Shown here piece by piece: positions 35,901 through 48,978 of a stretch of 64,000 nt of DNA. Location of the stretch: contig NIVC01001237.1 of assembly GCA_002269645.1 (NCBI GenBank), forward strand, positions 1 through 64,000. Direction: 5' to 3'. The DNA comes from Macrostomum lignano. Its lineage: Eukaryota. Both the position numbers and the translations under genes were made by a program. The notes beneath the pieces are model-generated. The model had not been told where the DNA came from. It was given only the letters and a program-made list of their open reading frames with translations, and searched no databases. Every line of letters begins with the position of its first letter. Position 1 is the first letter of the stretch.

Positions 35901-38900
35901 TTGGTTATTGTGAGATTTTTGGTTGGTTGGGTGAGTTTGGGATTAGTTCAGGTGAGATTTTTGATTGGTTGGGGTAAGATTTGGGATTAGTTCAGGTGAT
36001 TTTTGATTGGTTAGGGTAAGATTCGGGATTAGTTCAGGTGAGATTTTGGGTTTCTTGAGGTGAGATTTTGGGTTGGTTGGGGAGAGATTTGGGATTAGCT
36101 CTGGGGAGAGATTTGGGATTAGCTCAGGTGAGATTTTTGGTTGGTCGGGGTGAGATTTGGGATTAGTTGGGTGAGATTTTTGGTTGGTTGAAGTGAGATT
36201 TTTGATTGGTTGGGGTAAGATTTTTGATTGGTTGGGGTAAGATTTGGGATTAGTTGGGGTGAGATTTTGGGTTGGTTGAGGTGAGATTTTGGGTTGGTTG
36301 GGGTGAGATTTGGGATTAGTTGGGGTGAGATTTTGGGTTGGTTGAGGTGAGATTTTGGGTTGGTTGGTGTGAGATTTTGGGTTGGTTAGGGTGAGACTTG
36401 TTTGGTTAAGGTGAGATTTTGGACTTATTGGGTGTGAGATTTTAAGTTTGCTGAGGTGAGACTTTGAGTTTGATGGGATGAGATTTTGCGTTGGTTTGGA
36501 GTGACTGGGTTTTTGGGGGCTGAGATTTTAAGGTGGCGGGGATGAGGTTTTGGATTGGTCGAGAGAGAAGTTTTTTTAGACTGATTGAGTAGATCGAGGT
36601 GAGATTACATAACCAAAGCACAGTTTGTATAACCAGATCACTAATCTGCATTGACTTACTGGCCAGAGCATCCAGTTGATCGTCGGGAGTCCACACCAGA
36701 GTCTTGCAGATGAGGTTCATATGGAAGCTGCAGTGCTGGTAGGGCTGCTCCAACTTGAAGTTTTTCAAACTGCGTTCCATCTAAATTGGGCGACAGTGGG
36801 TGATACTGGCGGACTAGAGTGGTGACATACCTTGCATGAGGATCATCACATGGCTCACATTTCCCAGAAATCTCATGACACAAATTCCGTTTAAATAAGT
36901 CTCAAATCAAATGTCACATGTTACGCAAAATCCATAAGGACAATCAGATCTCTCGGGTCACACAAAAGCCATGTAGACAATCAAATCTCAGGGGTCACAC
37001 AAAAGCCATGTAGACAATCAAATCTCAGGGGTCACACAAAAGCCATAGACAATCTCACGGGTCACACAAAAGCCATAGACAATCAAATCTCACGGTTCAC
37101 ACAAAAGCCATAGACAATCAAATCTCACGGGTCACACAAAAGCCATAGACAATCAAATCTCACGGTTCACACAAAAGCCATAGACAATCAAATCTCTCGG
37201 ATCACACAAAAGCCATAGACAATCAGATCTCTCGGTCACACAAAAGCCATAGACAATCAGATCTCTCGGGTCACACAAAAGCCATAGACAATCAGATCTC
37301 TCGGGTCACACAAAAGCCATAGACAATCAAATCTCACGGTTCACACAAAAGCCATAGACAATCAAATCTCTCGGATCACACAAAAGCCATAGACAATCAG
37401 ATCTCTCGGGTCACACAAAAGCCATAGACAATCAGATCTCTCGGTCACACAAAAGCCATAGACAATCAGATCTCTCGGGTCACACAAAAGCCATAGACAA
37501 TCAGATCTCTCGGGTCACACAAAAGCCATAGACAATCAGATCTCTCGGTCACACAAAAGCCATAGACAATCAGATCTCACGGGTCACACAAAAGCCATAG
37601 ACAATCAGATCTCACGGGTCACACAAAAGCCATAGAAAGTCATTACAAACTTACATGATCGTACAGACTAGCAAATCGAACAGGATTGAAGTCTGGCTTA
37701 GTCATCTTCTGCAGAACGCTATTCAACAGTACGGGCAATTTGTCGTTATAACCGGAACAATGCAGAACGGCGCCATTCTCCGTGGGATCAATTCGATAAT
37801 TCAATCCGGCCAATTCGGCATCGTAGGTCAACGCGTTCAATGCGTCGGACAATAGTTGAAAGTAAAGATTGGAACAAACTGCGGCATAAGAATCCGTGTA
37901 AGCGCACGGAGATATCAGCTCGATAGTGTAGCAAGCTTTGGGCAGTGCGTAATCGTAATCTAACCGATGCCACAGCCGGCCCCGCCTGTCCGATCGCAGG
38001 ATCAGAGGCCCGGCAGAGGCTGGCGGAGGCGAGTCTCTGTGCTGATCGGTGGCCGATTTCAACGAGAAATCGGTCGGTATGAACGGATTAGGACTGGGCA
38101 AGTGCAGCTCCGAGTCTGGCAGTTCGCCGTTGGGCCAAAAGCTGTCAGCAGTAGCCAGCTGCTGATAATCCCCGCGACAGGCCGCTAGCAGTTCGGGCGA
38201 GAATTTCTCAACGCCGTATTGGACACCGTAGTACGGCTCGGTTCGGGTGCACTTGTCCTTGACCGACTGGCGGGCAGGCAAATTAAATAGATACGGAGGT
38301 CAACTGGGGTCATTTCGGGTCAGGACAACTATTAACTGTCTACTGTGTACAAGTTCAACGGGGGTCATTTAAGGTCACGACACCTACAATCTATTTCTAT
38401 TGCGTATATGGTCAACTGGGGTCATTTCGGGTCAGGACAACTACTGTCCATGTCTATTGTGTATATGGCCAACTGGGGTCATTTCGGGTCAGGACAACTA
38501 CTGTCCATGTCTTTTGTGTATATGGTCAACTGGGGTCATTTCGGGTCAGGATAACTACTGTCCATGTCTATTGTGTATATGGTCAACTGGGGTCATTTCG
38601 GGTCAGGACAACTACTATCTATTTCTATTGTGTACGAGTATAAGTACGAGGTCAACCGAGGTCATTTTGGGTCAGGATAACCACTGTATCTAGTATGTAT
38701 GGGGGTCACTAGTTTATAAAGTCTCTAATTTATAAAAAGCTCTCGCCAAAAAATACCAAATGAATCACACCTGACTACCAATGTAGACTTTGCATCGGTC
38801 TGGCGTCATCAAATTTAACAACTCCGTTATCTTGTCGGGCATGTACTCGCTCAGCACCACTTTAGCGGCCAGGGCGTCCCTCTGAGGATAATACAGCATC

Positions 38901-41535
38901 TTGGCCGACAGTCGCTCGGTCAAGTCGATTGGCTGGGATTTATCCCGAAACCGGAACGACATGTACTCCAAATCGCGCTCCTCATTATAAATCCACTCTT
39001 GGGGTCCTTCCCGCCGGAGCATGTCAATATAGCGGAACAGGGTGGCAATGACGGCGTCCTCGCGTCTGGCGCCCTCCTCGGTGAGGTCGAGCGACACTTT
39101 GAAAAAGTCGTAGCCCAGAGAGCCGCCGCCGCAGCCGGCGGACAGGGCGTTGCTCCAGCCTTTGCGCTTCAGATAGGCCAGTATACTGCCAGGAGCCTCG
39201 TGACCAATCAGGTGGCTGAGGTAGCGGTCAGGCGCGCCTTTGTAGTGATAGCGCAGCTCTGGCATGGGGAATACCAGCTGCAGAGTGCGCACGTCTTTGA
39301 TAGTCACGGCGTACACCTGGGCCCAGTTGGGGGGAAGAGGCTTGTTGGACTTTCTGGATATGCTGTGCTCATTAAAAATCCCTATTTATATTCTTTATAA
39401 ATCCCCATATTAATTACCAGTTCCCATATTCACTACAAATCCTCATATTCATTACAAATCCTCATATTCACTACAAATCCTCATATTCATTACAAATCCT
39501 CATATTCATTAAAAATCCTCATATTCACTACAAATCTTCATATTCACTACAAATCCTCACATTCATTACAAATCCTCATATTCATTACAAATATTCATAT
39601 TCATTACAAATCTCCATATTCATTGCAAATCCTCATATTAAAAACCCCCATATTTATTACAAATCGAAATCCCCATGATGATATTCCTTACAAATACCTC
39701 ACCTTGACTCCGCACTCGCTCCCATCGTAGGGATGCTTATCCCAACGTCTCACCGGCAGATTCTTATTAGGCACGCTAGCAAAGGTGCTCACAACCATGG
39801 ACTGCAACTCGTCCAGAGACTCGCAGCCCAGCACGGCCAGGTGCAGCCTATTAGCAGAATATTCTTCAGCGTGAAATTTCAACAGCTGCTCTCTCAGCTC
39901 GCCGGCTTTCGAAGAATCTGGCAGCAGAGTCTCAAGGCTGCCAGTAAAGAAATGATCCCCATAATCGTGCTCAGGATTAGCCAGAGTGTGCTCAAGTTGT
40001 TGCATACGCCAAACATCTTGTGGAATGTTTTTCGAATGCTCCGAGTGGACAGCCTGTGGAGGGGATTTGGAAATTTGTGTCAGCTGACTTCGGACTTTAG
40101 TTACTGAAAGGTCGGGGGTTCGATTCCCGATCCCACTGGAACAATTTGTGTCCTTGAGCAAGACACTTAACTCTGCATTGCTTCAGTTCACCCAGCTGTA
40201 AAATAGGTGCCAGCATTAGCTGGGGTAATTGAGGCTGTGTGTGGCGACCCCCAGTCCTTGGACTAAACAGCCGTACGCAGCCTTCAGAAGCGCCGCGCAA
40301 TAGCTGCGGCTGAGCTGTCGGTTGCACATCTGGCCCAATAGAGCCTTTCTAATCCAGTCAGGCATAATAACAATGAACTTTTATTAACTACCCTACTTAT
40401 AGTAGAAATACAAGGAAAAAACGATCAATACAAACGTATTCTATACGCTACTTTTAGTAGAAAATTTGTTTTTTTTAAATACTTTATTGTTAAACCAACT
40501 CGGACGGACAAAAAAATCACGCAAATTGATTACCTGCACTTCACGCTCAGTAGCAGACGGGGTGAACAGAGGGCACAGGAAGAACTGACTGAATCGATCC
40601 AGCGCTTCAGCGAGATGTTTAGGCGCAATATCGAAAAAATAGCAGGTGTGATCCTCAGCCGTATAAGCATTGTTCATGCCGCCGTGCTCGTTAATAAAAT
40701 TTGAATAGCTGTCCTCCACTGGGTATTTCTCTGTGCCAAGGAATAGCATGTGCTCGCAGAAATGGGCCAGGCCTGAGGTGAATAAATGGTGTCAGTTTCT
40801 TTATCAGTGCTTTATCGTGCAGTGTAAGCAGATCACGAAAGATTAATGATGGACGACTCGAACTGGGCACACTTACTACTGAGTGACAGATGGTGACCTA
40901 AGATTTGAGCACACTCACTATTAAGCGATAGATGATTTGATTCAAATTGAGCACACTCACTATTGATTGACAGGTGATTTGACTCGAACTGAGTACACTC
41001 ACTATTGATTGACAGGTGATTTGACTCGAACTGAGCACACTCACTATTGATTGACAGGTGATTTGACTCGAACTGAGTACACTCACTATTGATTGACAGG
41101 TGATTTGACTCGAACTGAGCACACTCACTATTGATTGACAGGTGATTTGACTCGAACTGAGCACACTATTGATTGACAGGTGATTTGACTCGAACTGAGC
41201 ACACTCACTATTGAGTGACAGGTGATTTGACTCGATCTGAGCACACTCACTATTGAGTTTCAATCCAGTCCCAATGTCAGAGTACATTTTACAATACAAT
41301 AAAAAGCTCAATTACCTTGCCAAGACTTAGGCTCATTAATGCTGCCTGCCAGAACGCACAGAGACGCAGCTGATCTATCAGCTTCACTATCACTAACAAG
41401 CATGACTCGAATGCCATTGCTTAGCACCAGAGCTCGATAAGAGTGTTTATCCTCAGGCGATTTTACTACATCATTAATCACTGTCTGTATAGCAGGATTA
41501 GTTGTAGAAGTAGCCTTGCTAATATTGTCAGTCAT
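32938..41535 (-). CDS. IDE: Insulin-degrading enzyme (insulysin, M16A zinc metallopeptidase), 10 exons, ~1013 aa if a 1-nt frame lesion in the last exon is corrected
   Basis: Exons 41535-41316, 40772-40534, 40053-39703, 39316-38771, 38266-37655, 36780-36660, 35836-35383, 34555-34294, 33253-33149 and 33068-32938, all GT-AG and phase-compatible. Motifs: [35 protein letters not shown] (HxxEH), [45 protein letters not shown], and AAAKL* in the shifted frame. Confidence 0.95.
33395..34250. repeat. ~23-bp minisatellite (GTGCAGGGTATTTGTAGCTTAAA), IDE intron 8
   Basis: About 36 copies. Confidence 0.95.
34665..35360. repeat. 22-25-bp minisatellite (GAGATTTGATGGCGATTCTTGT), IDE intron 7
   Basis: About 28 copies. 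Confidence 0.95.
35845..36560. repeat. ~22-bp degenerate minisatellite (GAGATTTTGGGTTGGTTGGGGT), IDE intron 6
   Basis: About 30 copies. Confidence 0.9.
36945..37635. repeat. ~35-bp minisatellite (CACACAAAAGCCATAGACAATCAGATCTCTCGGGT), IDE intron 5
   Basis: About 19 copies. Confidence 0.95.
38295..38690. repeat. 57-bp tandem repeat (GGTCAACTGGGGTCATTTCGGGTCAGGACAACTAC...), IDE intron 4
   Basis: About 6-7 copies. Confidence 0.92.
39405..39665. repeat. 19-bp minisatellite (CATATTCACTACAAATCCT), IDE intron 3
   Basis: About 13 copies. Confidence 0.92.
40088..40385 (+). mobile_element. tRNA-derived SINE in IDE intron 2
   Basis: B-box GGTTCGATTCC, then TGTGTCCTTGAGCAAGACACTTAACTC (CORE-like central motif), then an AT-rich tail. 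A second copy lies at 56075-56356. Confidence 0.8.
40885..41260. repeat. 42-bp tandem repeat (TTGATTGACAGGTGATTTGACTCGAACTGAGCACACTCACTA), IDE intron 1
   Basis: About 8 copies. Confidence 0.93.
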
Positions 41536-42910
41536 GACTTGATTATAGGAGCAAAATTTGCTTATTCTACTATTAGTAGCAAACCAAGATGGACTGAATA
41601 ATGATGCAGTTAAATTCTTATTAAACAACAAAAGTCTAGATGGCTTAATCAATATGCTAACAATGAATTGGCTTGATGGCAGATGCATGCAATGTGATGT
41701 TAAAGTATTAAAATAAAAATGAACATTGCATATTGCATATATGCTGTCCAAAGGATAATATCAAAGTGCCATAGAGGATAAAAATTACATAAAACCATAG
41801 GTATATACTTTTCCTAATATCCATTCAATAAATTTATTGCCTATAGGCAATTGTATAAAATTTTTCTATATTACTTCAACTTAAATTTCTAAGATTAAAA
41901 ATTATACAAGTATAATAGCTGATATTTTATTCTCAATATTAATGTACTATTAACAATAATTTAATAAAAATTAATATTTAATAATCTAATTCTAACTTTA
42001 TATTTTATTATTTTATTAACTAACTGTACAGGGCCCCTTCCAATTTTCTATAAAATAGTTATTGTTTATTGCAATTTAAATTTATGCCAAAACTAAGAAA
42101 CACATTTTGTTTTAATACTTGTATTTTCTATAATACTTTACACTAACGAATTTTTGTTAAAAACGTATAAGAATTTTAGTATAAATAGAAGCATTTTTGG
42201 CAGATGAAGAACCAACCTCGCAATTGCGGTTCACTAACGAAACAGTTATAGCAAAGAATAGGAGTTCCAAGAAAAATATAATTGAAGAAGTGTTTTCCTG
42301 TGTTAATTCTTTTTAAGAAGTAAGAGCAAAGTAGACCAAAGTGTATACAGTACATACTACCGAGAAGTAGCAACATTGAGTAGTAAGAAATTGCAAAGTA
42401 GATCTAAAGTAATACATGTAAGAATAACCAGAGGCTGTGACCCTCCTGATCTCGGTAATGCCTAAGGACTTGCAAAGTACATGAAATACATATACCAGTA
42501 AGCCAAAATACCGCTCAAGCCAAATTATTAAGTAGAATGCTACCAGAAAAATAGAATGCTATCAGAATAACAGAACGCTACCAGAATAACTGAGGAATAA
42601 AATCTTTAAGGGCTAACAGTTTTCTAAGACTAAATACTCAGACTAAATACTCAGACCTATTCTAAGAAATATTCTCAGACTTATTCTAAGATTAATAAAC
42701 CCATAATTTAATAATAGAATAGTCTACCAACAATTTGTAGAGACAGAAGAATAAGCCCTTTGACAACTTTGTGTCAAATTATAAATTATAAAAGCATAAT
42801 AATTAAATTAGCAAAAGCCATTAAAATAATAGAAATTATTACTACTAATTTGGCTTCAAAGATATAAGCCTAGTGTTGACAGACATAAATCTGCTTGATT
42901 ACAGAAGTGG

Positions 42911-43828
42911 GCAATCTTCAAGTTTCATTCGTTAAATTATTTTTTCAATGATTTCTGAACTATCTTGCTCTGAGATGATTATTTTTGAGCTCTCCAGTAT
43001 ACCTAGCCCTTTCCTAGCTGAGAAAGTAGCAGCTTTGTTAATATTATATATCTAATGTACCGTAAAGCCGTTGGTAGGCAAAGGAATGTCTATGGCCCAT
43101 ATTACGGTAACATAATGATGACGTGGCTTTCACTAACGTGGCATTTTAGCAAAGAACGTCTATGGGGAATAAAGATGGCATGGAGTAATATCATAAGCAG
43201 TTAATAGACAAGCAGCTAATACACTAAAAGACTAATACACTATGGCAGGACAACCAGCGGCACCCACTTTTATTGTACCAGTAGCACAAGTGCAACCAGC
43301 TGCAGCTTTGTGCGACATCACCTTGACAATGCGGGAACTGCTATGATTACGGCAACAACAAGGGATACTATGAATTGGAAGGCATTGCAAGGCCAAGCTA
43401 AGGGCAATGCACGGTACATCACAGGCCCTGTTTGAAACCTACCTGGATGAGTTCATATGGCGCCATCTGCACCCTGTCAATCCATTTGGGAACATCTTAT
43501 ACTGGATCGCACATTACTATAATGTCTAAGCATTGAGTTCTATGTGCTAAACTGTTGCTACTGAACTGGGCTGCTACTACTGCCCCTGTTGTACCCCACT
43601 GTGTTACTATTTCTGTCTGTTTGTACTCAGCGTTACATGTTAGCTTTGCTTGTTTGCATCTTATATTTCCAGCTTTATGGTACGTTAGAGGTTAATATTA
43701 ACAAAGCTGCTACTTTCTCAGCTAGGAAAGGGCTGGGTACACTGGAGAGCTCGAAAATAATCATCTCAGAGCAAGATAGTTCAGAAATAATTGGAAAAAT
43801 AATTTAACAAACGAAATTTGAAGATTGC
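42911..43828 (+). mobile_element. Non-autonomous Merlin/IS1595-like element with ~135-bp TIRs
   Basis: 42911-43045 and 43694-43828 are inverted copies with about 9 mismatches. Internal 43378-43530 encodes RHCKAKLRAMHGTSQALFETYLDEFIWRH..FGNILYWIAHYY*, matching the Merlin/ISXO2-type transposase C-terminus (YLxEFxWR). No clear TSD. Confidence 0.75.
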
Positions 43829-44439
43829 TAGATTTCTTTGGTAGTTACCAAAGTGGCTGTTACTGGAATGGTCATTTTTTGTTACCAAAGTGGCAGTTAC
43901 CAAAGTGGATTGTATTCATAGACCCTATCTTATAATAGTAACCCTAATTTATTAAACTTGTTAAAATTTTAGAGTAAAACTTCATTTAAAAATGGTTAAA
44001 AAAATAAAAATAATTGAACATGCGAAACTAGAGGATTGCCAGAGTAGACCTAGGCTAAATACATGGCGCATGACCAAGATGGCCACATACTAAGATGGCC
44101 ATAGCTCTGAATGGCTGCTTGGATAGGAATAGGTCTATATATTTCCTTATTTCCTATTGGCTGTGATTGGGGTAGGGTATGACCTAGCTTCAAGTCTTGG
44201 AGAAGACAGATTTCGTTAGTGAAATAAGACTAAGTAAAACAAAAAACACTTCCCTTTACAGCAGGTATTACTACCTACTAAAGCTAGTAGCACTACTAGC
44301 ACAAGACATTTGGTTTTTGTATCATGGATAATAGGCCTAGTTTCAAACCTATCTTCAATATACTAAAACTGACGAGTTGTTTATATGTATATGTTAAAAG
44401 TTAAAGGTAGAGGTTAAAGGTATTAGTTATGATAGAAGT

Positions 44440-44860
44440 AAGCAAAAATTGGAGTGCCCTCTTATCTCTAATCTTTTCTCTTATCTCTGATCTTTTCTCT
44501 CATCTCTGCACTCTTGTCTCTTATCTTTTCTTTGTCATCTCTGCCCTCTCATCTCTAATCTTTTCTCTTTCTCATCTCTTGCCCTCTCCTCTCTCATCTC
44601 ATCCTCTCCTCACCTCTCTCCTCTACTCTCTCCTCATCTCTATCCTCTCCTCTCTCCTCACCTCTGCTCTCATCTCCCTTTTCCTCTTCATTCTATTCTC
44701 CCTTCCCTCCTTTTTCCTCTCCATTAATCTCCCTTTTCTCTCTCTGCTTGTATTTAATCTCTCATCTCATCAACTCTCTTCTCCTTTATTCTTTTGCCTC
44801 TCCTTTATCCTATGCTTGTACTTCTCTTCTCTATTCCTTACCCTCTCTCCTCACCTCTGG
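44440..44860. repeat. CT-rich low-complexity tract
   Basis: Polypyrimidine on the plus strand. Similar tracts lie at 45045-45500 and 46845-47370. Confidence 0.8.
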
Positions 44861-45541
44861 CCCACTGTCATCAGGACTCCTCGCTTTGCTTTAGGGGCAC
44901 ACGAAGCCAACTATAGAAGGGCAGTCATGAGCTGGGTTCTCAATCGAGGTAAAAAGTTTACCAACCCCTGCACTAAAAGCACCTGGCTTAGTCACATTAG
45001 ATAAAAACTACATGTATTGTGGAATGGGATTGAGAACGTGAACTAGCCTCTCTACTCTCAACCTCTCTACTCTCAGCCTCTCCACTCTTAGCCTCTCTCT
45101 ACTCTCAGCTTCTATCCACTCTCAACCTCTCTATCCCTAGCTCCTGTCTACTCTCAGCCCCTCTCTGCTCTCAGTCTCTCTCTACTCTCAGCCTCTACTT
45201 TCATCTTCTCTCTCAGCTCAGCTTATATCTAGTTCTAAAATCTGAAGTCATACTCAAACAAAAACTTGTCTTTCAAAAACATGTATTGGCAAAATATCTG
45301 GCCTCCTGTCTCTCTCTATGTCCCTCGGATTCTTTGAAACTTCTATCTTCTCTTTTGTTTTCTCTCTCTCTCTTCTCTTCTTTCCTATCTCCCCTCTCCC
45401 ATCTTCTTTCGTTGATCTTCCCTCACCTCTCTTCTCTTTCATCTTTGCTCTCTCTTCTCATTTATCTCTGGTCTCCACTCTCTCCCCTTAGGAAAGAAGG
45501 AAAGATAGGAAAGATAGATAGCAAACATAGGAAAGAAGCCT

Positions 45542-45763
45542 ATGTTTGAAAAAATGCCTGACTTGTACCAGCTGAGACCAGCTAGAAGGCAACGCGGGAG
45601 AGATATTGTTGTAGAATATCCAATTGAGAATGTGCCTACCAACCTTCTGGTGGATGGGGGCAGTGCGCTGTCTTTGCTAAGAGCCAAAGACTATTCTAAA
45701 ATCACTGGAAGGAGCGTGGAGGCCTTGGAGCCCCTATGTGTGAAGGCCATGTCATGCCATTAA
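45542..45763 (+). pseudogene. Isolated retroviral-type aspartic protease fragment (LTR retrotransposon relic)
   Basis: IVVEYPIENVPTNLLVDGGSALSLL resembles the retropepsin motif hhhDTG[AS]xxShh. No gag, RT or LTR is nearby. Confidence 0.5.
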
Positions 45764-45873
45764 AGATTATAGGACTGAGAAAATTTTTTTATTAGGAGTT
45801 AGTCTCCCGTTCAACCCCCACTGAATGGCAGAATGGTAGTCAGCCCGTGATTGCTTAATCCCCTCCCAATTAG

Positions 45874-46466
45874 TAGAGCTCGAACGGGATCCCGATCCCG
45901 ATCTCAAATTCTCGGGATCCCGAAGATTTTTCGGGAATTCGGGATCGGGATCCCGAAGGCTTAGAGAACTCGGGATTCGGGAGCACAATAGATTGATAAT
46001 GAAGATGATGCTTTCAACAATCAAGAGCAGTAATCAATACTAAGCTAATTTTTGTAACAGCAACTATAAATATGTTGAAAGTCTGATCTTGAATTCACCA
46101 AATAAAGCAGCAGATTTTTACTTAGTAACAGATTTGTAAAGAGTTGTACTCGTAAATAACGAATTAACAAGTATGAGGCTTTTCACGAAGCGATTCGAGT
46201 TTGAGGCTTTTCACGAAGCGATTCGAGTTTGAGGCTTTTCACGAAGCGATTCCAGAACCAGAATTTTACAAGAAAAAGCAGTATAACTAATGCAATTCAA
46301 TATTACATTAATGCAGAACAGTCGCCTTTCGTGCGATTTTTAGCCAAGTAAGTAATATATTCCCAGATCCCGGATTCCCGAATACTAATCCCGAATCCCG
46401 ATCCCGAAATTATTTTCAATCCCGATCCCGCCTGATCCCGAAAATTCTGCTCCCGTTCGAGCTCTA
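45874..46466. mobile_element. hAT-type MITE, 593 bp
   Basis: Perfect 16-bp TIR TAGAGCTCGAACGGGA, perfect 8-bp TSD CCAATTAG (45866-45873 and 46467-46474), subterminal CGGGAT/ATCCCG repeats, and an internal 28-bp triplication at ~46180-46250. Confidence 0.92.
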
Positions 46467-47552
46467 CCAATTAGTGTATTGAAAGTTTGCTCGTGTTGCC
46501 CCATTGGATACCACTTTTTGCTTATTTACATATGCTTTCCATTATATTCAAACTATGTTGTGACTCCGTGCTCATATGGTGATGTTTAAATATTTAGGAT
46601 TTGAGCTCAAACTTTGAGCTCAAATTTGAGCTCGTAAAGTATGCATTTATTCCCTATATTATCTATATTATATTATCAATATTATCTTGGAAACCGGAAA
46701 ATTTTCTAAGGGTCTACCCTGCAAAAGGTCCTTCCCCGCTGTTTAAAATTTTGTAGGAACAATGGAAGTCTGGGACTGTTAAAGTTAGCACATTTCAGTT
46801 TGATTTCTCGTGTTTGTTTGCACCTTGTAGGTCAGTACAAAATTCTCTTTATTCTCTCTCCTCTATCATCTCAACCCTCTCTCCTATTATTTATTTCCTG
46901 TCTTATCTCTTCTCTCTCATCTCTTATCTGTAATCTCCTTTAACATCTCTCCTCTTTTTTCCCAACTCTCTTAACTCTTCTCTCAACTTTCTCCCCTTTA
47001 CTCTTTCACCTCCCTTCTTTACTCTCCTCCCTCTCATCTCTCCTGCTCTCCCATCTCTCTTCTCCTTTCTACTCTCTCCCTTCTCCATTCTTCTATTTCC
47101 TCTTATCTCTCTTCTCTCCCTTCCCCTCTTTTCCTATCCTCTCAATTCTCCCCCTTTATTCTCCTTTCTCCTCCACACCACTTCTCTCCCATTGTCTCTC
47201 ATGTCTGCTCTCACATATTTCTCTTCTCTCCACTTGTCTCTATAATCTCTTCACTCTCCTCTCTCCTCTCTTTTCTGTTCTAGCACTACTGTCTCATTTT
47301 TCGTCTCTGCTCTCTCATCTCTCATTTCTCCTCTTTTATCTCTCCTATCTGATCTCTTTTCTCTTCTGTTTGTATCAGACTTGTATCTGTACATGTATTT
47401 AGAGGTTCGGCTTATTTTGATGAGATTTCAGAATTGTCAGACTTTGATTGAAGCCTTGCATTTCTTGGGTATGTACTTGCTGAAAAATACATGCATCTCA
47501 TATCTGTGCAAATTTGCTGCAGTGCATAAAGAGTACAAATGATATTTACATA

Positions 47553-47851
47553 CATATATGCGCAACCTCCAAAATTTGGTCGGCCATGCGACTTAGTTTC
47601 AACAAAAATGCGACGTAGTTTTTGGCCAAAAATGCGACTTACATGTAAAAAAACCCTAAAGCAAAATTAACGCAACTTTAGGTAAACGGCAGAAGTAACT
47701 ATGACTGTCTTATTAAGCCAAAATGCCTCGTCAGCTACTTAGTACTACTACTTGGTTATTTTTTTCGGGTGGGCATTTTTGCGACTTCCTTGGTTGGCCG
47801 CCAGATTGGTCGGCCGGATCGGCCAACTCGGCCGACTGTTGCGCACGTATG
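47553..47851. mobile_element. hAT-type MITE, 299 bp
   Basis: 14-bp TIR CATAYRTGCGCAAC and perfect 8-bp TSD TTTACATA (47545-47552 and 47852-47859). Confidence 0.85.
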
Positions 47852-48588
47852 TTTACATAAATAAATCTGAGGCTTCATGCTAAGTGCTATATGCAAAGTC
47901 ACTATATTGAGTTATTTATTTATGAGCCAGATTGTTATCATGGTTACCAACCATAGCAGTTGGTTAAAAATGTTGAAACTAAAAAAGATTGCAACAAAAA
48001 ATAACCATATGGCTGATTTGACATGAGCTATTTTATATAGATAGATTTTTATCTCCACGCAAGCAAGTCAGTTATTTAGACTATATTTATGACTTCCAAT
48101 TGTATCATATAATCATATATCGTATAGTATCATATCATATCGTATCAGCTTCTTAATTGCTTCTTGTCCATCGCAAACTGGCTGCAGACAGACCACATAT
48201 GGATATGCGCCTGCCATTTTGTATCTAAGTGCTTAGATTGCTGTCAGTGAATGAAACAGATGAATTTTGAACAGGGCATGAAATTTAACCAGTTTTTATC
48301 CCTTTAAACAAGTAAATTAGTCTCGACCAATAAGAGAAATGGAAAAAAGCTACACCAGATTTTATATGAAGAAGAGATTTGTTTAATACAAAATATGTTT
48401 ACACCTCTTAGGGGCCTACTATAAGTAGGAAATAAAGACTCATAACCATTTTTGTCTTTAGCCCTGCAATATACTAATAAAATTTTGACTGCCTGTCTAA
48501 ACCACTCCCATTGCAACCCCATATCTCCCCACCCAAAGCTATCCAATAGAAAACCAGTTGTCATTTTCCGTGACCCCTACCCTAGCTG

Positions 48589-48978
48589 TAGAGGTCGGAT
48601 GGGATCCCGATCCCGATCCCAAAATCTCGGGATCCCAAGGAAAATTGGATTCTCGCTGGACTAGAATCCCAACCCTAAAAAACACAAGAAATGGGAATAG
48701 GTCTTTTGATTAAAAATTTATCGAATTAGTGATTACTTGAATGTATTTTGTTTTACATTGTACTCATTACATTATTGTGTTACAAAACTTTGCATCAATT
48801 TTGTTATATTCTACTTTTTAATCTTGACATTTTTAGCTCAATTTTGTTTAGCTTTATATGGACCTACAAGCTACAATATACTAAAAGACCTGATCTTGAT
48901 TCCCGAATCCTGATCCTAAGAAAAAAATTATTCCCAATCCTGATCCTGCCCAAAGATTTCAATCCCATCCTACCTCTA
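48589..48978. mobile_element. hAT-type MITE, 390 bp, related to 45874-46466
   Basis: 16-bp TIR TAGAGGT(C/A)GGATGGGA, 8-bp TSD CCTAGCTG/CCTAGCAG, and the same ATCCCG subterminal repeats. Confidence 0.85.

Noticed and set aside
33395-41260. Possible rule that intronic minisatellites are C/A-rich on the sense strand
   Set aside because: It holds for some introns but is reversed in IDE introns 3 and 5.
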